A stretch of DNA of 64,000 nucleotides from positions 7,378,001-7,442,000 of the forward strand of contig OZ059898.1 of assembly GCA_964057225.1 (NCBI GenBank). Reading direction: 5' to 3'. The notes beneath the pieces are model-generated. The model saw nothing but the letters and a program-made list of their open reading frames with translations, ran no database searches and had not been told where the DNA came from. Below are positions 1 through 10,000 of the stretch, in pieces; position 1 is the stretch's first letter, and the number at the start of each line of letters is the position of its first letter. The translations under genes and the position numbers were made by a program. Origin of the DNA: Auanema rhodensis (lineage: Eukaryota; Animalia; Nematoda).

Positions 1-577
1 ATATAGTAATGTTACAGCCACTATTTGAACAAATCTCTAAAAAAGCATCGTTCATTTAAATTTAAATCAGATCACATGAAAAATATAAAACAAAGGAATG
101 CATTAGTTTTTCATTTAACTCCATTCATATATACATATTGGAAGTTTGAACATCCAATTTTACTCAAATATTATGCGTAAATATAGCTTTTTCAGAAATG
201 TATATATTTTTCAAATTAAGATATTCTCCTTCTGGTGTTTGGTTTCTGTTACTTATCAATTGAAACAATATATATGTAAATGGTGTTATTCTCCTAATTC
301 TCAACATTTAGTTCAGTGATACCCCCAAGAGCTAACATAATCAACAAATTTTTATACAAATTAGTCTTGGCGCGCAAACCTCTTTTAAGCGTTTTCGCAA
401 TGGAGCGAGTATTTATCATTTACAGTCACTGTGAATTACATTGGGGTCAATATTCCAAATTCAAGGAGTATTTTTCTGAGCTTTGAAGCGGAAGTTCGAG
501 TTCTTACGTCATTCTTATAAAGAACATACGCTTACGTTTAAGGATTTTTGTCCTTTACCTTTAAAGTAGAGACTGCT

Positions 578-2245
578 ATGGTTCGAGTATGCAGGGTTGT
601 ACCTAAAGAGTGAGACAATTTATTCATATTTTCTATCAGCCTTTACTTTTCATATAGTTTTTTAATCTCCATTTATTTTGTTCAATATGAATAATATCAA
701 TTATTAACATTTATAGATATATAAAGTGTTTATTATTTATCTGGTATATATGAATATTTTTCAGATGGTCCAAATACAATCCTGTCGGTAATGTGATACC
801 TCGCACACGTTTTATAGTTTTTAAAACACCATTAAATGATAGTCTACTTACTAGAGTTCCAAGTGCTCAACGTTTCAATGTATCAGGTTTGCTTTGGAAA
901 GTAAGTCATAATGACAATTATAATCTATATAATACTTTTATTTGCTTTCAGATTGCGGAAAAAAATGGACATCTTGGTTTAGTAATTGATCTCACTGATA
1001 CAGATAGATATTATGACAAAACTGATATTGAGGGGATGTGCATTAAATATACCAAGATAAATTGTCCTGGTCGTGGGTGAGTCCAAATCCAAATGAATCC
1101 AAAATTCAATGGTTATTGTGTTTGCTGTTTAGATTTATCGAAAATGAAGACCACGTTGATGATTTTGTCAAAGCAGTTTCTGAATTTTTACAAGAATCGG
1201 ATGATAAAGGTTTTAAAAGTTTTTATTTGCGTAATTTCGTATTAATTTTCAGAATGCTTAATTGGTGTTCATTGCACCCATGGGGTAAATCGCAGCGGCT
1301 ATTTAATTTGTAGATTTCTTATTGATACTTTAGGATGGTCTTCCCATGAAGCTTTATCAGGTAACCTATAGTCAATATTGCAATAATATATCAATAAAAT
1401 ATTTCCAGCATTTGAGGAAGCTCGGGGACATCCAATTTCTAATGGTTCTTATGTACAGGCACTTCATAAAGCTTCTATGCGGAGAATGTACCTTATTAGT
1501 TTTGCAACTTTCTTGTAAAATAGTACTTTAGAAATGATTCTGAGAGTGATGATAGTTCAAGAAAAAAAAAGAAAAAACAGAAACGAAAACGTGATAGAAA
1601 AGAACACGATGATTCTAGACACTTGGGCAGTATGATGCAGCAGTTTATCGGCCAAATTGAAGAACAGGCATTTTTTTTTTCATTTTTATTTGAAACATAT
1701 TACGTTTAAAGGCACAAGTATTGGAGTCAAATTCCGGGTTTGATTCTTCTGCTGCAATAGCAAGTGGTTATATTGAGTCTTCTCATCATCACTGGGCATT
1801 CCAACAACCTAAGGTTTTGAATTATTATTATTTTTTCTATTTGTTTTTTAGCGACATAGAGCTGAGGGATCGGAACAAGCAGTTGATGAGGGAGCCGAAG
1901 AAGAAATCGTGGATTATGCTGATGAAGTATGTAAAAATGTATTATTAAAGTTATGAATTTATTTTTTTAGGCTGAGGAAGGTGAATATGCTGATGATGCC
2001 GAAGATGACGAAGAGGTTGTTTCAAAATCACAAAAACGACGAGGCCGACGAAACAGAATGAGAGCTATGCTAGGAGTGAGCATTCTTTTTAGGATTTTGT
2101 TGTTATATTATGTACATTACAGGCAATGCGTAGAGGCAACTTTCATGAAATACAGGAGGCTCAAGAAGAATACCTACGAGGGTTGGGTGGAAATCCACAA
2201 CAATCTCAACCTCAACCACAGCCACAGCCACAGCAGGGAATGTGA
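578..2245 (+). CDS. PIR1/DUSP11-family RNA 5'-phosphatase (dual-specificity PTP fold), likely ortholog of C. elegans F54C8.4. Approx. exons 578-609, 765-900, 952-1076, 1133-1209, 1253-1360, 1409-1487, 1532-1667, 1712-1813, 1852-1926, 1971-2075, 2123-2245
   Basis: Spliced translation MVRVCRVVPKEWSKYNPVGNVIPRTRFIVFKTPL...LGLVIDLTDTDRYYD...LIGVHCTHGVNRSGYLICRFLIDTLGWSSHEALSAFEEARGHPI. It has a CX5R P-loop HCTHGVNR, a basic NLS-like stretch (RKKKKKQKRKR), an acidic tail and C-terminal KRRGRRNRM...RGNFHEIQ. Frame is preserved across introns; TGA at 2243-2245. Confidence 0.9.
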
Positions 2246-2326
2246 GGTCTTTCACTTTAATAATGATTTCCTTAACTTATATTTTGAAACACATGATCTT
2301 CACTGTTTTCATGTTGGTACAGTATT

Positions 2327-2430
2327 AATAAATAATTCGTTTGTAATATATGTAAAGCTTACAATTAATGTAGTACGTCAATGTATTTGTTTTTTCTACA
2401 TTAATACAATTTTGATCATGTATTTGGTAG
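2327..2430 (+). promoter_or_regulatory. Putative operon intercistronic region: poly(A) signal, U-rich stretch, trans-splice acceptor
   Basis: AATAAA at 2327-2332; T-rich stretch ~2385-2396; TTTGGTAG ending at 2430, 8 nt before the ATG at 2439. Confidence 0.55.
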
Positions 2431-2438
2431 ATAAGTAC

Positions 2439-5400
2439 ATGACCTCTCACCAGGTCGACGTTGAAGAAGTTATATGGGGAAGGAAACAATTTCGGGCTCC
2501 CTTCAAGGTAATGTTAAACAACAGTCATTGAAAAGATTTTGCTCAGGTGCACCTTGTGCAATGGAATCCTGTTCTTGAATTGTTGGCTATTGGTTCAAAA
2601 AAGGGTGAAGTTGTGGTGAAAAGGCCTGGTTGGAAAAAATGTTGGAAGGTTTTTATAGAGCCCTGTGCTAAGCAATATTTTTGATTGTTTAGACGTCTGT
2701 GTCTACTGTTGTAGAAAATCCCAAATTAACTGCTCCTACTGATCCCCGGCAAATGTGCAGTCTTACTTGGAATCCACAGGGAAATGTTCTAGCCGTAGGA
2801 ATGGATGATGGTCATTATCATCTTATTGATGTTGATAGTGGCCTAGTTCGATGGACAGGCAGATTATCACCGTATATACATAAATGTTATATAATTAACT
2901 AGAGTCATTTAGAAAGGATGGCTTGCATCCCGAAATTCTTAATCTTAGATGGCAAGCACCAAAACATGAAAATAAATTTATAAAAGAAAAATTGAACATG
3001 TATGGAAGTGAAGAGGAAGAAAAAGCTTTGGTTTATTATGCTTTTTGACTTAATCTTATTTGTTTTTTTAGGCAATGGTTGAGGATAACAGTGAAGCTGT
3101 AGCTGAAATGCATGCTTTCGAATCTATTTTTTACAGTTCTTTACAACAAACATTTTTGCTTGCATTAAGGAATGACAATATTGTACGTATATGTTGAGTT
3201 TCACTTCAAAATCGTTTTATTTTAAGATTTCAATATTAGCTGGTGGTATAGTTTGTGTCTCTCTTGTAGATTTAAACCAAGTCTGTGGTATGTACCAGAC
3301 AATTATTTAAAAAAATTAAAGCATTTTTTTAAAGAGAAAATCAAAATGCATCCCATGTTGATACATGATGCACTTCTGTCTCCTGAAGCGGATTCCATTA
3401 CCATTGCCTTGGAAGCGTATGGACCTAAACCAGACGTAATTTTTTAAAAAACATTTTTGTGTGATGTGTTTAATACATATGTCTTATTGTTTTCAGAAGA
3501 CAGGTGCACCTGGAACAGGGGCTGCAGGTTTACATGCACAAGTTATATCAGTAGGTTTACGGTTTGATGAACCTTATCCTATGTGGCGTCTAGTTTTGAC
3601 GTAAATTTCCATACCATGTATAACAACATCGTTTTCTTCTTCAGATATCTTAGAACACTGCTTCGTTTTCGATTAGTAACTACTATATCAGAAGGAATTT
3701 TTAAAGATTGGTCTACAGCTAGCCAGGTTTGTTTAATATATATCTCCTCTGCGATGAAGTGAGTATCATCAGATCTTTATGAATCGGATAAATCCTTCGG
3801 AAGGAAAATTCAATTTTTTGGATGCTATAGTCACAAGTTTATTGTCGGGTTTGCACACTCAGCATGAAGAAGCTTTACTGGATAAGCAATTATCAAATGG
3901 AATTTTAGGAATGAGGGAATTTCTCTCTTTGAATTTTACGTAGTATATGGTTATTATTTTGTTTGAAATCTTATTATTTTTAGCGAGTTTTTGAAATCTA
4001 TCAATGGCCCTCTAACTTCAGTAATTCGTTGCTTTGCTCACCAACTCGAGAAATTTCAAACTCAGTTGAATATGTCCAAGAAATTACCGATTGAGTATAC
4101 TTATTATAAATTTTTATATCAAACTGAAATGTTTTTCAGATCATTACTATTTCCGGAAAGAAATAACGATGTAAACGTTTATCCTTTCAATTGTCGTGAA
4201 AATTTATCGCCCAAAAAAAGCTCAATTTCTAAAGATTCCGATGATGCCATGTGGGCCATTTTACAAGCAATAATATTTTTTCATCTAATTTTAGAGATTC
4301 GACGGACATGTATAGTATATCCGAACAGCTTGTAATTAAGGTAAAAGAAGCGAGTATTGCGGGAACAGCTAACTTGTAAGAAATTTAATTATGAGATGAT
4401 AAAAAATATATTTAGACGTGAATTACAAACGTTGGTAAGGTGGCTCTCTCTTTTTCCAGTTGTAATGAAGATTAATATGACGAAATCAGTAATACATCAA
4501 AGTAAAAAGATTGAAAATACCAAGTTATGGAAAGTATTCATTCAAGTTTTCAGTTGTTAATATATCATAATTTATTGCAGTATATGTTGGAAACATTCGT
4601 CGAAGATGGAGAAAATAAAAATTATTATTTACGCACAGCTTTTAACCTGGAAAGTGTTCTTGAAGTATATTTTATCACCATTATTCTGTTCAAAACTATC
4701 GATTTCAGGAAATGGCAAAAGATGAACAAAAAAATGTTTATGGTGATGAACCTACTTCAGTGAACTGTTTTATTTTAGTTTGTAAAACTTGTATTCGTTT
4801 TTTAATTTTCGTTTTACAGGATTATAACAAAGACGAAGGGGAAAAGCCAACAAATAAGGTAATTCTATTTCATTTTTCGAAATATATCACTTGTATTTAT
4901 TTATAGAAAATAGCAAAGAGTTCCGATCAGTTATCATCTTCTGAATCTTCAATTAGCCCTCAAAGTAATTCTGATGAAGAGATGGTTACAAGCCCAACTC
5001 CCAAATTTCAACCATTTATTGATAAGGTAATGAAATAAAAGTTTGACAACAATTTCAAATTTTAAGGTATCTGAATTCTGGGGGAACGAATTGTCTGATG
5101 CTACACTTGAACTTATATATTCTGGTGCTGGATATAATCGCTTGAGAAATTATCCACGTAAAGCAACACTGAGTACGTTATATGATACTGCTCGGAAAGC
5201 TTTGGAATCAAAACATAACTGTCTTAGTCAATTTGGGCAGACCATGTCTATTGTTAGAAGTGCAATCTTTAATTTATTACAATTTTTTTTGAAGAATTGG
5301 GTTGAAGTAACGGAAGCTGCTCCCGGACACTCTGAGTTCAACAAAATGCATCTTAGTTTTCAAGATGTTAATTCTATTCTTCCGATGAGCGACAAGCTTC

Positions 5401-6066
5401 TGACACCCAGGCAAGTATAATAATTAGCTGGATAAAATGATATTTGAAATATTTTAGAATAGGCATATCTGTTGTGGCGTACAATATGCAAAAATGCTGC
5501 ATGCGTACGATTGTGGACAGCTCAACGCCGAACAATCCATTTGAAGTACATGGTAAAATAGAATTGAATTTAGGCGATACGGTATGATAGTTTACCTTTT
5601 CAATTATTTTATGGATCATTTAGATAGTTGAAAGTACTGTGGGGACTCCTGACAGTATGGCATTAACCATTGCAACTCATAAGGTTACTATACCAATATG
5701 TAAAAAATATGTATCGTACTTACAGGATATCAATATGAATGAGACAATTATGGAAATTGTATCTGCTTGCCATGATTTGAATGGAAATTTTTATGCTCTC
5801 GTCACTGGAGCGAATATGATGTTGGGAACTGGAGTACGAAGATTTATGAAGGTGCAAGTGGGAGAAATGAAATGGAAGACTCATTTGGTTCAGACTTTTA
5901 ATTTATTTCAGTGTTTAATTATGTTTTTCAGGAGTCTTATCGCACTAATCAGCTTGAGAACATTTGCCTTTCTATAGATGGCTGTCGTGGATGTTCTCTC
6001 TCTGACGAACAAACAAAGATAGCGTTGTTCAGCAACTATGATCCTGCAGATTGTTTTAGAGATTAA
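2439..6066 (+). CDS. emb-30: Anaphase-promoting complex subunit 4 (APC4/ANAPC4), multi-exon
   Basis: N-terminus MTSHQVDVEEVIWGRKQFRAPFKVHLVQWNPVLELLAIGSKKGEVVVKRPGWKKCWK, then CSLTWNPQGNVLAVGMDDGHYHLIDVDSG, matches the APC4 WD40 start. A chain of short GT-AG introns leads to TAA at 6064-6066. It lies next to the F54C8.4-like gene, as emb-30 (F54C8.3) does in C. elegans (recalled). Internal exon boundaries were not all resolved. Confidence 0.8.
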
Positions 6067-7008
6067 CTAAGTAATTCAATAACTTAAATACATTTTTCTT
6101 TTAAAACTATTTTTGTAATTCTAATTCCTACTATTAAAACAAAAATAATATGATTCTTGCAGGTGTTGGAAAAGCGAAGATGATTTTCTCGTAATTCGAA
6201 AAATCATGCTTGGATGCCTTTCCAAATTCTTGTATTTTGCAATTGTTTTCAGCGGGTTTTATCAGATCTAACTGCTTTGTATTCCTCAACAATATGTTTT
6301 GTTATTACTGGTGTTTAAGAATAACTTTGATTTTGACGCGTAGTTTCTCATTTTTGTTATAAATGTAATATTACATTTTTTTCTTTAATGAAATAATCCG
6401 TGCTGCTATAACTGATTACATTGATATAGTCTGGTAAATATGTATGCTTCTAATCCTATTATGGATGGTGAGCTTACGAACAATCAGCTCAACTTTGGTA
6501 AGACAGTAAAGGCTACTGACATATTTAAAGAAAAAAATATTTCGATAACCTTACAATTTTTTTGATTAAAAAGAATTAATTTTGTTTTTCGAGTCTTACT
6601 GACATAACATGTATAGTTGAGAAAAAATAATTACATATGTATATTATATTCTGTAAAGTGCAAAGATAACATTACTGTTTGCTTTTGTAACACCGATAAA
6701 TTTCTGATTATAGACATCAAACGATTTACTCTTTTTAGGCTCTTTTTAATTGTTAAAACATCTGTGATAAGGTTTAGTATGCCCAAAAGGCTTGAGTAAA
6801 TCATTCAAAGGCGTTAGAAAAAATGATTAAAACTCTAATACCATTTAGCATGAAATAAAAGATGTATATGTATATATATGACGAGGGAATGTGTAGGCGT
6901 GTTTCTCAAGTTCCAGAAATTGATAACAAAATAGATAAAATGTTGATTTTTCTCTTACCCTTACATATCTTATTAGTCAGACGAATATAGTTATCAATAA
7001 ATTTTCGT

Positions 7009-10000
7009 ATGCTCCTATCTTATACAAGTCTTCTCATCTTCCTTGTTGTTAGTCTCCTGAAGTATTAGCTTCTATTATTTACATCTCATTTATAGCTCTT
7101 ACAATTGTAATTTTACAACCACATTTTTAAATATTGTAATTTTTTAAAATTAAGATTTTTCATTTATTTACAGCATGAATAGAAGAAATTAACAATACTT
7201 GTGTTCAACTCGTGCACATATCTCTATACAACTTTATTGTTTTTATCATTTTGTAAGCAGATAAATCTAGGTGATTACAATTGAGAAATATATCCGCAAC
7301 TCATACTTTTTTCATTATGTAAATACTTTGATAAAACAAATTCCAATAATAAGATTTTATTTAGTTCGCTGGACAAATGAGACTGAAGTTTTCGGTACTC
7401 CTTTTTCATCTTCTAACTATCCATTTCTTTATTCTCGGCGCACTAGGCAATTTTATAAATACAAGCAGTCTGGGTATAAAAGAAAACTCAGGTCAGTAAA
7501 ATAGAAATATAACTATCTTGATGCAATCGGTTTTCGAAAGTAATATAAAGCTACACATAATACACACAAATTAAAAAGGAATTTCGTATGTGTCATCGTT
7601 GGGCGGTGGTTCTTGGAATGGAAGTGGAATATGTATTTCTTTGTTTTACCTATCATAAACAGACAGAAATATTCCATACTAGCACATAATACGAGCTCGT
7701 TTAAAAGCGCATCATTGAAAATAAGTATAAAAGTATTCACACTATATTAACTATATATTTTTTGAATGATGAACGTATAGTATTAATGTTGTAAATTGAA
7801 TGAACTACTCAAATATTTTCACATTATTATATGTAAGTAAAATATATGTTATATGTTGGATCATACAACATATCTTAAATTTATGTTTGAAATCTGTAGT
7901 GTTAATTAATGTTTGTATACGTAAATGAGAGTGAGCTGTAGATGTTTGCTTTCTAGTATTATTTCATATTATCATGCTAAATTATCATTAATAGTTTTTA
8001 ATCCAGTGCGAAGTACCTGTGAAGTAAGCCATTGATGGTATATACTTCAGATAATATATGAGAACTAAACTGATTATATTGATATGAATATAATGACGTT
8101 ATTTGATGAAGATAAAATATTAGTGTTTTTATAACATTGACACATTATTCATGAAAACCTTTTAGTGAACTCTAATGCGATTCAAAATACATCGTCTTTA
8201 TACAACAACAACGTTAAAACGTTTAGTGATAATCATAATTCTAATGATGATGTAATTTCTATGGTGAGTGAATAAATTAAAAAACATTTTATTTTTTTTA
8301 TTTAAGAAACAATTAACGATATTCTATGAAGTTGGAGTTATTATCTATATAGATATCGTAAAAGTGACACTCCGTGATCCAGGATATAGATATGTTTTTA
8401 ATATAACTGTAGGAAAAGACAGTAATGCTAATGTTATTATCAATAATCAGACGTAAGTTCAATTAACAAAATAAATAAAATTATCTTATTAAGTGAAATT
8501 ATAGTTGCGACATGACATGCACAAGAGATGATTATCCGGAACAACTAATTAGTATAAATATGACGTTATACGAAGAACTTATATCTCTTGATATGTCTCT
8601 TGATATACTTTATGTATATGTGGGACCTTGTTTACAACCTTTCCTTAACTACAACTGCATTACTGATGAAAGTGACATCTGCATTTGCGATTTAAATCAA
8701 ATTAATGATCAACTTTGTTATCAAACACCTATAACAATCACCAAATGGTAATACTCTCGTTCTTCAACTTTTTTCATTTGTTTCCATTTTATTTCTAGCT
8801 CACCTGCAGTTCAAACTTCTACATATGCACAGCTTCACTTAATCGTATAATTTATTAAAAAATGGTTGAAGTTAAACATTGTTTTGTTTGCAGGACTCTT
8901 TTACTGTATATTCAGGATATAGCGAGGTAGAAGCTGAAGCAAAAATAGCAGTTTTTTATAATACGGCCACGAGTGAATATGTTTTAACTATGAGTTGTAC
9001 TCCAGAATATAATAATAATTTTACATTAAATGGATTACCGTATGCTATTATTATACTTTTATTTATTTAACGCGATTAGTACTTTTCAGATGTAACCCTA
9101 CATGCTCATTAACATCAGCAGAGGGATCATATGCAGTCGTTGATATGTCGACTACACAAACGTGTAATGAAATATTATTGAACACTCGAAATCAAGAAGT
9201 TTTTGTATATGTGGATCAATGTGAACAGTTTATACCACATGAGAGTTGTCTCCATCAATGGGATTCATCATTTCGATGTGTTTGTGAGTCAAAACAGCAT
9301 GCAGATTTTACTCCTGATGAATGCCGAGTGGCTGGATACTTTGATCAGTGGTCCGTTTATTCTAAGACATTTATATTTTATAATAATTAAACGTCGTTAT
9401 AGTCCTAGCCCGCAAATAACTTTGGTTAAATTTAATATGTTTCTTCTTAATAAGGATAGTCCGATAATAACTATAGAGGTATATAGAAGATGTAATGGGT
9501 ATACCTATAAGGTTTCAATAGTTCCATATTTCCAAGCAACAACCGAAATCGATGGAGCACTGTTAGGCTTTCATCGAAATAAAAAAAAATTTAATTCATT
9601 TTTTTAGATGCAGTAGTTCAAGTGCTGTATGTGAATATAATCGTGATCAAAATACAAAGCTTAATTTGACAATATACCAAGAAACTTCACTTTTATTCCA
9701 ATTTCTTGGCACGATGACTGGGTGTGATCTGTTCATCAACGGTTGCTATCAAGACGAATCAAACTGCGTATCTGGAGATGAGGGACATTTTTGCATTTGC
9801 AAATATGAAACATTATCAAATTCCTTACCGGCTTTTAGCTGTCGAAATCCCAAGCTTTTTAAATCTTGGTAACTATTATGAGACGATTTCTTGAAATATC
9901 CCATATTTTCAGCAACACCGGCGGTACAACAAGCTTATCCACAAGTTAGAAATATAATAAATAAATGATGCTCATACTTATATATTTAGTTATGACTACC

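Noticed and set aside
6166-6295. H/ACA snoRNA reading of two adjacent hairpins
   Set aside because: An ACA-NNN is present, but there is no ANANNA H box in the hinge and the second hairpin is weak.
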